Part shown: one piece after another, positions 1 to 16,300 of the stretch | How positions within the stretch are numbered: position 1 is the first letter of the stretch | Layout: each line of letters begins with the position of its first letter | Assembly: GCF_000150275.1 (NCBI RefSeq) | Contig: NW_002060954.1 | Span: forward strand, 310,001-374,000 | Reading direction: 5' to 3' | Source of the DNA: Trichoplax adhaerens | Taxonomy: Eukaryota; Animalia; Placozoa | DNA length: 64,000 nt | Program-made: the position numbers and the translations under genes | Notes under the pieces: model-generated | The model's input: only the letters and a program-made list of their open reading frames with translations | What the model was told of the DNA's origin: nothing | Databases searched by the model: none

Positions 1-137
1 CTGCTGATAATTCCATTACAAGTTAATAATCATGACAATGATAAACAGAAATTAATCTTAAATATTATAATGGGGTCTTTTTTATAATTTAAACTGTACC
101 TCGACGTAATACTGTATAATAAACTTTTTATACATAG

Positions 138-1023
138 GCACTGAAAGATTTAAGATCTTTGCGATTGAAGAAGGGTCATAATTTTACAAATGATGCATTA
201 AATGACTTATTCAATTACGTAATACTTACCCGTAACATTCACTGGTCGTGTCACATTACATTGCTAGACTTAACTGAGTGCAGCCAATTAGATAATAATG
301 GATTACATTCTATAGCAGCAAAGTAAGTTATCAATCAAAATACTGTAATAATACAATCGTGATTCGCGCGTTACAACAATTTTAATTACTAGCTTTGAGG
401 CGATACTTTATGATACTGTAGGTGTACATCATGACTGATTCGATAGAACTTTTCACTTTATTCTAAATGTCTCAGCTGTCCTCAACTAAAAGAATTGAAT
501 TTGTCATGGTGTTGGAATATTAGTGATACAGGTGTTGATTATCTCTTAAGGATGTGCAGGTATGCAATAATTGATTTCTATAGTGCTATACAATGAAATA
601 GCGCGTTATTTTCAAAGTGGCTTAATTTATATGAGTTAAATCTATCTGAAGTTTTCGTATTTATTTTCTGTTCTACTACCTGAAACTAAATACCGCCCTT
701 TTACTTCGCGACGATTTTCAGATTATTGGTTTCAGTAATACTAATTGGATTGCATCAAATTACCTGTAACAACTTAGTTGATGCTCCTTCTTTTTGGAAG
801 TATCTTAAGTTTTTAAATTTAACATGCTGTAATTCCGTAAGTATAATAGTGCAGTGCGGCTGGCTATCTTAAAATCAGCTTTTCGATTCAGCTTTTCGAT
901 TCAGCTAACATGACTGATTTTTGATAGGTAAAAGATTCAGTTGTTAACGAGCTAGCCAGAAATATGAAAAATCTGTTAATCATTGACTATTATGGAGAGA
1001 GAATTGATCTTATGCAGCCTTAA
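138..1023 (+). CDS. 3' part of a cysteine-containing LRR protein (F-box/LRR, FBXL-like); 5' end outside the window
   Basis: Four GT-AG exons (~138-322, ~476-559, ~723-836, ~928-1023) splice in frame to LRR_CC repeats: ITLLDLTECSQLDNNGLHSIAA / NCPQLKELNLSWCWNISDTGVDYLLRMCR / YLKFLNLTCCNSVKDSVVNEL...IIDYYGERIDLMQP*. No F-box is visible in the window. Confidence 0.75.
875..906. repeat. Intronic 13-bp tandem repeat (TCAGCTTTTCGAT)x2.5
   Basis: tcagcttttcgat tcagcttttcgat tcagct, read directly. Confidence 0.85.
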
Positions 1024-1808
1024 GTGAAGTTAACTTAATGTAATCAACTTAAAGAAAAGTATGTGATACTCGCTTACTTTAGCATAAAGGAAATGATTTA
1101 GTCTACGTATGTTATTCCATTATTGAACTTAAAAATGTCTAAAGCATCAGATTATAATTCTGAAATCTTGCATTGTCGTATTTGAGAGCCTGTTTTGAGT
1201 CAGTGTAGTTACTAAATGTCAGTAGTTGTTACTGTTTAAAAATAATTTATGATGGGAATTAACGTAACAACTTTCTTGAGAGTGTTACGTATGCAGCGAT
1301 TGAGAAACCATCAATTATATGTAAATACTACTGATGCAAATGTAATATTCGTACTTATTAAGGAGAATTTACGGTCCTATCAGCTCTAGTGGCCAAGAGC
1401 TAGGATTAGTTATTTGTTTACTTATGGCAATTTCTTATTATGCATTACTGGTATATTCATTTTAATTATTGTTTTATTAGCGAATTGAAAATTTCATTCA
1501 GTTTTTGAAAGAAGATCAATTTAATCGGATTAAATTAACTCTTACGCGTATTTATTGTTTGCCTGTACCTTGAACTTTACTCTTAAAAGAATTACTAGCT
1601 GTTAGTATAACTTAAGACAGATCTCGAAATTTAAGTATATTTCCTCCAATTTCATGTTATAGGTAGTAATTTTAGTATGACGTATGACGTACTAAAGATG
1701 CGAGTGCTGACAAGAGTAATAAAAATGTTTCGTATCCATGTCTATGTCAGGATTACGATGCGTTAGTCGCTGAAAGCCTATCTAATATCATGCACATATC
1801 TTAAAACT

Positions 1809-5768
<3,960 letters not shown>

Positions 5769-5849
5769 GCTGTATTCAATTTATCGTATTCAAGTAATAT
5801 AGGTCCAGTAAGCAAGTATTGAACAAGAAAGGCTAAATGCAGATCTCAA

Positions 5850-6140
5850 ATACAGTACTACATCTAATTTGGTAAATCTGATTGATTTATACTGTACAGT
5901 ACTGTACTGTGCTGTACAGTATGGTCGCTGTACAGTACATTGTACTGTACAGTACTGTAATCGTCATCCGTCTGCCCCATACTGTAGTACTGTACTGCTG
6001 TACTGTACAGTACGTACAGTGTACAGTACAGTACAGTAATACGATACTGTAACAATACTGTACAGTACAGTACATTACTTTGATCTTTTGTCGATCGGCT
6101 TAATTGAAGTACTGTACTGTACTGTACAAGTGTACAGTAC
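5850..6140. promoter_or_regulatory. TACAG/CTGTA pentamer array at the ASL 5' end (candidate promoter element)
   Basis: Dense mixed-orientation ACAGT/ACTGT units (e.g. actgtacagtactgtactgt, gtacagtacagtacagta) starting ~80 bp upstream of the ASL ATG. The repeat is seen directly; promoter function is inferred from position. Confidence 0.6.
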
Positions 6141-7236
6141 AGGACAGTTCAGCAAAAGGGATCCTACTGAGTAATATTGTACTGGAAGTGATAATTTTTG
6201 ATGTTCGAAAATAAACCGGACAAATTCTGGAGTTACAGACTACAACAATATACTGTATTGTATTATTTTTTTTTACCAGACTGAAATTAACTTCACTTTG
6301 TACTTTTCCGGTGATTAAGAGTGCTGTAATCCTTAATTCAGTGTACCGTATCGAACTGCAAAATCAGAGGAAGACAGTACAGTCATGGAGTACTAGATGT
6401 ACATTAGTGTGATTATATATAATTATATATAGTATTATTTTCGATAGCAAAATCGGAAAATAAATTTGTATAGCATATACATTAAATTAAGCCTAAACTC
6501 GGTGAATTTCATACGTAGATGTATACGTACATATAAATTCTACAAAGAGATTTCAGCAAATTAAAAATTTTAATTTTTTGACGAAATTTTGTCATCGAAA
6601 ACAATTAATCACTCTTGTAATTTAGTAGGCCATAATGTGCGGTACAGTTACACTATACAGTTATGAGATATTTAACATTTACAGTATAACATTTATCAAT
6701 ATCTGAAATTGACAGTCTGTCAAGGACTTTTTTGATTTAATCGTGTCCATTGTTTAAGACTGTGTTAACATTGTAACATTGTAGGCAATTTCCGATGCCG
6801 GTATATTAAAGACAAAGTTTATTAATAATTAACTATGAAATTAGCAATATGCAAATTCATGTGAAAGAATTAATTAGATTTATAGTAATGATAGATACTG
6901 ATAATAAATTGCAGGCATTAACCGTAATTTAATATAATCGATTGCGTCCAACATTGAAACTTGATTACAGAATATTATATACGTACACGGCAGTATCCTA
7001 CTATTTGTTACATTGATATTTTTGCAGTTAGTTCAAACCGATGGAAAAATCGAAGATTTCTCTGAATATTTTTGATACCATCGCACGTACACTGTACTCG
7101 TAACCCTATAAAGGTTCTGTCAATTGACAAGTCATTTCCCTCATAGTTTGTAAATCTAGATACTCTTAATGATTAATAACTATTTCGGATAGCTGCGGTA
7201 AATTATGCTATATTATTAAACTCGATAAGTTGGCAC

Positions 7237-7315
7237 AAGGGACTTTGATACACTTCGCCTAGTAGGCTTACTAGAAATCACTTTTTATTTAGGATTTACT
7301 GCATTTAAATAGTAT
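7237..7315 (+). repeat. Dispersed ~80-bp repeat, copy 1, with near-palindromic core CTAGTAGGCTTACTAG
   Basis: Aligns by eye with 15832-15914. Confidence 0.6.
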
Positions 7316-9390
7316 AGCCGTAATACCGCATTACTGTATACCTATCTTAGTAATTCATTACCTTATCTTATCGCAACACATTAGGGGTGCAGTACAACAG
7401 GTTATTGTATTCTTACATACAGTACATAATACATGGCTTTTTAAAAAACCAAGCTAAAAGAAGAGCCGCTAGATTGTATTGATAGCATGCTCAGTTTCAG
7501 GTAAATTACAGCATAAACAAAGTGATCGAAGGCGCCTTATTGATCGTCGACAGTTACCGAGTAAAAGTGATGATAATGTACAGTACCGTAGTTCTAATTG
7601 GAATTTCAAACGTGCCGCCTATAATTTGGCTACATTAATCCATACTACAGTACTACAGTAAGTAGGTACAGTACAGTATTGGGATGCACACAAGTACAGC
7701 ACGTACAGCATGATTTCGTAAATTGCCGGTTTTATTTTAGGAGCATTAGGTTAGATAGCGTGACATTTACTGTTTAGATATGGTGATACGTATACGAACA
7801 TTTACCGATCGTAAAAGTCTGCTTTAAACGCGACACGGTAGTTTCTTTAATACCGATACAAACTGATCATTAGCTAATTGTAAACGTCTATAATATGACT
7901 CGACGTCGCTAATTCGTTCCCAATAAATGTAGAAGCTGGCATTCTGCTGATACATGTTCAATCCTGCATTAACAGGCGAATGTATAGCATGTTCTTGCAA
8001 TGAATAACTAACGCAAGCAAGTTGACGCCTAATTAGCTATTGTATTGCTTTTATTATAGATCTGATACGTATTTTTCTGTAACCATTACCTTCGAGACCG
8101 GAAGTATACTTCGAATACGATTTATAATTACACTACTTAAACAATAGCATACCAGGAAACTATCTTAATGGTCGCGATAACCCTAAGCATTGACGAATAC
8201 ATTCATTTACATGATCTTAACAATTGAAATAGAAAAAGATTTGGTTTTACTACTTTTATAGACCCAGTATGGATGTAACATAGTCTCCCAGTTTCAAAGA
8301 GTGAGCAGGTATTGCTATGAGTGAATAGTTATGTTACAGCGGAGACTATCAGATACATACATACATAAATAAAGAGATAACGTAAAAACATTGGAGATTT
8401 TGGATTCAGTGCAGGGTTGTAATATCGTAGAAGCTCGCTTGGAAGTGAACGGGTTCAACTAGCTATAGACATAAGAATTTTAAATATTTTAGTTTTGCTT
8501 CCTAGTGATACATTTTACATAAGGTAATCAATCGTATTTTTTAACATAGACAGAGTGTAGTACAAATATCACTGCACTACTTGTTCATTACTTAGTATAA
8601 TAATATAACATATAATATCTATTATAATTCCTCACTTTCATAAGCTTGGACAAAAAATTAACTAAATATAATGGAATTTCTATCCTTTTCTGAGTCTCTG
8701 AAGCTTATGTTCAACATTTCTAAATCAAGCGAAAATTTTAGGCCACTAAATTTTATGCATGAAATTTTTCGAAATTGTCTCTGCGATTTGATGACATTTT
8801 TAATCAATCCCTATTACTGATTCCTAGTCCATAGAAGTTCTATAGTGAGAAGGTAAATAAGAGTTTGCTCATAATTCAAGATTCAAATCCAATTTCAATA
8901 AAATCAATTGTTTGTAACCCATTGCGTTGCTGACGGACTATCACTCATAACGTTATTTGTATTACAATCTCACAAGTACAGTTAGTGAGAGTTTTATAAT
9001 TGTTGGCACCAAACAATTATCCATTGCATCCTGACATATCATAACCCACAGATAATTACATTACTTGCATGAACTTTCGAATATCCTTTAGCTATTTCCA
9101 TCATAACCATGATACTTTACTCTATTTACTCATGCCATCCCTGTATTTTTTTGCAGGGGCTTTTATAATACGAATATAGTACAGTATAGTAAGTATACTA
9201 TGGTGTAAATTTCTAATAGCTTACATACGATCGCTTCAATCAGATTTGATTACGGTGCTATTAGTAACGGAAAAAATTGTTACAGCAATCACAATCGCCG
9301 TGAATTTAACTCTAAGAAAGTAATAAAAATGTTTTAATAGCATATTGCCTACTGTAGTTATCACTTATCAGTATATTACAGCAGTCTCTC

Positions 9391-9440
9391 GTCATGTGAC
9401 GCTGTTGCTATGTTAGGGTTAGGGTCGTTGTTATGGAAGC
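9391..9440 (+). promoter_or_regulatory. Candidate KIF12 promoter cluster: M-box/E-box, two RFX X-box-like sites, (TTAGGG)2
   Basis: gtcatgtgac (9391), gttgctatg (9404), ttagggttaggg (9413), gttgttatggaagc (9427), upstream of a cilia-associated kinesin. Confidence 0.35.
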
Positions 9441-10348
9441 TCCTCGATTTACTCTTGTTATATTATACATCTACTGTATCTATATGTGTATGTATCATAA
9501 CATATCTGATATATTCGTATGCATATGTATGCACTATATTGATTATAGTGTATTTTTGAGTAGTACGTAGAAGCTTATTTTCATTCGATAATATCATCAT
9601 AGCTATGTTCATGAACAGCAGTATTATGATCGCTTTAAGCATAGCATAGGCTTCATCTAGCTCTTTCCACTATTAGCTCAGATCTTAATGATACTGCAAG
9701 TTAGTATATACTTGTATTTATTGTAAATTACAAAAGAACGAATCAAAATATTATTCTGCAGCAGCTTATAAGGTAAATATTAAAGTGTAGCCATGTCAGT
9801 TAACTTAAAGATAAATATATACAACACGAAGGTAATATTGTTAGACTTGTTTAAACCATGCAGTTAAAGTCGTTTAAAAATAACTAAAAAAGTACAGTAC
9901 TTAACCTGAATCTAAACAATCTAGAATAGTACCAATACTGCATTCGATCGGTTTGAAATATCGATAAGTAATTCAATATCTAACGCTAAAAATAAAAGTT
10001 TGAGCGGAATGAATAGGTATAGGTCAATTTTCCTATCAAAATTGATATATGATAACTTTTTAAATGCCTCCTTAGATACAATAGATGATAACTCTAGTGA
10101 GATAGTAACTACCCTAGTGGAATTCTTTCAATGATCGCAAATACAATATCACGGCATTGCACCACTCTTAATAATTAAGTATATTAATTAAAAATTACGC
10201 GTATATCTCAGTGGGCCGCTAGAGTGCTGTAATTTATGATATCTATAGATAGATTAAGTAACATAGATTTATATAATATAATGTGTAAAAAATTGCAACT
10301 GTATAATCCACAAGAAGTTCAATTACTGACTGAATATTTGTGAACCAG

Positions 10349-13300
10349 ATTGATGTCGAATTTCCTGTTAATAATAAGCCTGTTTCGAGGAGAATTATGT
10401 CTACCATACGAGACACAAGTAAAGATTTTAATCACACGGAATTCAATAGCGCTCATAAACCTGAGCATGTAGTAAGAGTAGATTCAATCACTGATAAAAG
10501 TAGATCTTCCTCAAATTCAATAGTACTAAATCATGGTCAAGCTAACGGAAAATGGTAAGTAAAAATGCTTTGGCCTATTATGCATCGAACTTACACCATT
10601 ATAATTGCTCTTATTTCAATCAGTTTTACTCTACGAATTAGCACAATTACAAATATTATTTCAAAATAGGAATGAAGATGCAAACGATGACGTTGAAGGG
10701 AATGCAAGTCATATTGAAGTCGTGGTTCGGTTAGCATCGTTCGTTAATGTTCTGTACTTAAATTTTGCTATGAACATTAAATCAGACAGTACAACGCATA
10801 TGTTTAGTTGGTTCTAAATATAATTTATAGATTCATAATTTAGCAACTAGGCTCTATCTCCTTTCTACTTTGCAAACTTTAACTTATACTCTAGTTAGCT
10901 ATATAGCTAGTTATGCAGAGATAATACACATATATATATTTAGCTGATTACTATATGTCAGGTACTTAATTCTTGATTCATGTAGAACAGATAGATGTTT
11001 TTGTATATCGTTAATGGCAGCATACAACATACGAGGATATATTTATTTCCATGCAATCATGCACGCATAACAATACACAGATACTCTTACTTCATGATAC
11101 AAAATATAATTCGAGCTACAATTTTATCTAAATATAATAAGCTAATATATGCGTATTTACTTCTATTTCATTATAAGATGACATACTCCCTTTTTATAAT
11201 ATAAGTACGACTCCTATTGCAATTTCATTCAGATAGAGGACCTGAAGTGTTCGCTATGAAATATAAATACGAAAATTTTTCTATAAATTTCAATAGTAAG
11301 CTTTACATTACTGCACTATCAAAAAATGTCTATCTAAGGTACTGGACTACCAGTATCATATTGGAAACACTGATACAGTAAGTTTTTGTTTACCTCTATT
11401 ACATAGTTCACTTAATATTTGCCCGCTTAATGGCCTAATTATGCACGCATTTAGTATTTTTAGTGTAACGAGTCTTTACCTAGTAATCCCATAAATTAAA
11501 TCATATCACAACAATTAAATTTGACTGTACGCACTATGAATAATAATGATACGATTTTTCAGATTCCTCATAATTCACATACAAAGCCAAAAGACCCGAT
11601 CAGAAAGATGATAATAAATAGCAAACTTGTCATACAATTCTTTATTATTTCGGATTTTAGGGTCCGCCCTATGATGAAAAGCGAAATTGAAAACGGAGCC
11701 AAAGAAGTTACTCAAGCAACAAATGATACTATAGTTGTGCGTTATCAAGGACAATCTGTTACCAAATCCATAATAGAGTTGCATTAAATAACTACAGATC
11801 TATCTGACCGCTTCTTACTGTCGATATTATATCTTTAAAGTTGAACATGCATTCTACTAGCTAATATTATAAAGTTAATCTAGAATAATTCTGTTTTAGC
11901 TTGAAACGAACAAAGATAATAAACAATTTACGTTCAGTAAAGTCTTTCGTGCAGATGTTTTACAAGAAGAAGTATGAACCAAATAGCTGATTTATAGTGC
12001 ACTGATGAATAACTTTTTAACCGCTGTAATAAATTTATTAACTTTATATAGTTCTTCCAGCAATGTGGAATTTGCCAGCTACTTAATAAAGCTTTAGACG
12101 GGTTGGTAATACTCATTATCTGATATCTTCACGTTTTAATACAATTTTAATGTTCGAAATATGAATTGTTAGCATTTTGTTAATGAGCGTATTGAATTTA
12201 CAAGCTCCTTAATTCTTAACTGGATTACGTGTGCATAGATATTCATGTACCGCCTTCGCATTTGGTCAGACGGGCTCTGGTAAAACTTTTACCATGACTG
12301 GACCAGTTACCGGGGTATAGATGATAGTTACAAACATTAATGCAGTTACTATTTACTGTGATTCTGTAATCATATTATTTTTACAAGTATATATGTACTT
12401 TGATATACAGTATTATAGTTAGCAAAAGCTTACTCAAACATCTTACGTAGAATGATATTGCGATAGTGTTGGGCTATTTCATTTCTTTATTAATAACGGT
12501 GCTATTACTATCACAGTGAAATTTATTTTCTATTTTGTGACAATATCCTCATAAAATTCTTAACCTAAAATTTTATCTTTACTTATAATAGAATGACTTA
12601 TTATTAGAAGTTGAATCACAAGGATTAATACAGCGGTGAGCGGATAATATGATATTGTATGATATCCGATGTTAACCTGATTAAATGTTACAGCACCCAA
12701 CGAGTTGACATAAAGGCAATATATCCAACCCTATTTATCCTTCAGAGCATTTCAGTATATTTACGGGAAAATAGATAAGAACCCATCAATTCAGTATCAA
12801 GTCCGAGCATCATATGTAGAAATTTATAATGAGCAAGTTAGTTTCAATCAGGATTGATTTAAAGTTGACTATTTGTCACTATAATTTTAAAATTCGTATT
12901 TAATTTACTCATAACGATAATTCTCATCTAAATTTTTGTATCTATATTTATTTGGCAGGTGCAAGACTTACTTAATCCTTCGACAACTGTTGAATCCCTT
13001 CAAGTTCGTTGGTCTGCTGATAGTGGGTTTTACATAGAAAATGCGTTTGTTTTAGAATGTGAATCAGTTGATGATTTAATAGCAGTCCTTGAGGAAGGTA
13101 AAGTTTTCATTATCTAAGGTGTAATCTGTAGGGAGAATGTTTAGGAGACTCGTGTAATGATGCAGACACAAAATTTATAGTTAATACTAAATCTTCACTC
13201 GAATTTTTATTTATTTTATTTTATTTTATTTGTGACCTTGTAAACAGGTATAAGACATCGTCAAATCGGATCCAATGCAATTAATGATCGATCAAGTCGC

Positions 13301-16300
13301 AGTCATGCAATTCTAACAATTTATATTGATAGCGAAGTCGTAAGTGATCAGCAATATGATCGAATTAGTTTGAGATTTCTGGAACGATTAAATTCAGAAG
13401 AATAAAAGATGATTTTGTAATTAATTTCGACTTTTTTCATTAATGTCATTATTACCCAAGGTCAGTTCTGAAGATCTTGATGAGCCATGTTTAACGAAGC
13501 ATGGAAAATTGTTTTTTGTAGACTTGGCAGGTAATTTGGCATTGTTAATAACGTATGCGAATACATATTTACTGAACATTTTCTAATCTTAGCTAATTTA
13601 TTAGAATATTATATCTAGACATTTATTTTTTTTTTAGTTGTAATATGAGTGAACAGTATATTCGTGAAATTAAGCTGTAAATTGAAATATGAAGCTATCT
13701 TTAAAAGATAAATTTCTCAATTTGTAACGCAATCGTTTTAGAAATTACTCTTTATTGTATACAGGTAGTGAAAAGGTAGCAGAAAATCATAAAGGAGAAA
13801 ATTTAGCAGAAGCGGGAAATATTAATAAAAGCCTATTAACTCTAGGTTATTACAGTATAATGTTTCAAATTTCTCATCTATACCGTTTGAAATATGAAAT
13901 GATCTGCTATACATTGCTATAATGAAATTATCTGCTTAGGTAATTGTATATCGGCATTGAGTGACGTTAACAAGCGGCATGGTCATATTCCATATAGAGA
14001 AAGTAAATTAACCAAACTGTTATCGGACAGTCTTGGTGGCAATGGGATAACGCTAATGGTAAGGGTTATCATAAATCTTAGTATGCGAATATAATTTCAC
14101 AGACTATATTCTACCAATTAAAAACTTTTTTGATATGGTTATGTTTCGGAATGATATACTGTACATCTACACACTGGGTATCTTGATTTACCTTTAATTG
14201 ACATGCAATACTATTTACGTTTATTCCAGCTCTTAAATTGTTACATCATTTATTAGTATATGAACTTTTGATGGATCGGTATATTAAATAATATTATTGA
14301 TCTTATAGTTAACGAATGTGATACATTAACAGAATTGATTACACCTATAATGAGTTCAATTGTTTCATTATGATTCTATCCTATGTTTCAAATAGATTGC
14401 GTGTATAGCACCTTCTTCACAATACGTTAGCGAAACTTTAAATTCTTTACGATATGCCAACCGAACAAAGAAAATTAAAAATTTTCCTAAAGTGCACATG
14501 GTATGTATAAAATTGCTATTCCTATAAATAGATAGGATTTGTATTAGAGATCTATTTAGCATATGAAGAAGATTATTAACCATTGAATAAGATAAATCAT
14601 ATTGCAAGCAGTCTAATAGAAGTTTACTACAATAATTTCATGAAATTCTAGAAGTATTGTGAAAATCAATAAAAATTTTCAATCATTCAGAAACACGATA
14701 AATCATTACCCACAGTTATTATACCTATATTATAAAACTATTAATTTTCGTTCATTCCGTTACGGAATCCATCATAACTATTTATGGTGTTCTTCTAAAT
14801 AATAAGTTAATTTATCTAGCAATTGCTAAGGAAATAAAATTCTTTGTTTTCATAAAATAATTGTGTAAACATTACAGGATCCAAAAGACGAGTATATAGT
14901 AGCGTTAAAGCAGCAATTAAAAAAACTCAGGATAGAAAATGTATCGTTAAGAAGGCAGCAGAGCGATAGTTATCATGACGCAAAGGAGTATCAAGCTATA
15001 GGTACCATGTCAGAGCAAGGTACTTCAAATCATTACCATTATAAAATACGTAATGATCAAATCAGAGATCAAATTAATAGCAAAATCGTATCCGCAAAAG
15101 CGACAAGTCCAATACTTGAATCTTTCCATGACTATCAACCTCCAAGAAATACTCATATATCGCCTGCATCTGATGATGACGTGCAAGCATGTCGTGATAT
15201 TTTAGAAGCAGAAAACAGTGCTCACCCAAGACCGCACCATCAAATTTTACAAAATTCGCACGTAGAAAATATAACGAAATCCAAGACAATATCGGAATCT
15301 CAGGATAACCACGCTATCAATGCACAGGAAGGGAATAAGGTTATTAAAAGAAAAAAGGTTAAAAGGAAAGCCAAAAAAAATGATCGTCCAAGTAATTTGC
15401 AGTCACGTCCATTCATCCATGAATCAAATCAAGGAATGAAAGCACAAAATGATATTCGACAAAATGATAGCTTTAATTTAGATAAGAAACTTGAAAGCAT
15501 ACATAAAGTGACTTCCTTATCTAAAGAGGCTGAAATCCAATTAAAGTCTCAAAATCCTTCTACATACGAAAGGAATAACCTTAAACGTAAACTTAGCAAG
15601 ATAAACATTTTTTTGTATAATTTTAAGGATGAAGATACTCAATTGTACCTTTTTTTTTTATTATTCTGGTTGGCATAGAACATGATAAAGAGAAGACTAA
15701 ACAATTTACTTCTCAAGACAAATTTCACCGACAAGATCCTTTAGAAAATTCCGGTGAGAACATACGAACTTCCTAGTGATTATAATTATATAATTATAAT
15801 TATCGTTATGTTCTCTACTTAGTCATTAACGAAGGGACAATAGATACAGATATACTCCGCCTAGTAAGCTTACTAATTCTGCCTTTATTTAAGACTATTG
15901 CCATTAAACACTATCTAAGGAGGCTGTTATATGATCTAACTAGTTACCTACTGTACATTGATTCGTTGGGTAGCATTGCAATAGCTATAATACTTATTGT
16001 ACAAGACACATTCTTAAGATTAGACTGCGGCTGAATAAGGTATAAATACACATAGACATGGACTTCTAGATCTCCTGGATGAGACACGAGTTGCCGTGAA
16101 TTACTTAAATGGGAGATACCTATAATATTTAAAAAATGTTTTAAATGCGATAGTAATTTGATAGTATTAAAATTTTAGAGATATCAACTAACTGATGCTG
16201 ACAGACGTAAATTACTGCACATCGTCAAATTTCATACAAACGATTTAGAAGTCCTTTTAAGGGTCCATGGTATATCTAGCACTTTATACCCGTAAACATC

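Noticed and set aside
5864-6075. Short ORFs rich in YSTVQ/YCTV (also 37594-38225 and 57354-57864)
   Set aside because: They are translations of the TACAG pentamer arrays, which lack stops in several frames; not proteins.
6150-6205. AAAAGGG... followed by an Sm-like AATTTTTG, resembling U11 or an SL snRNA
   Set aside because: The spacing is far too short for U11, there are no supporting stems, and the motif is expected by chance in AT-rich DNA.
9413-9424. Interstitial telomere
   Set aside because: Only two TTAGGG units; kept only as part of the possible promoter cluster.
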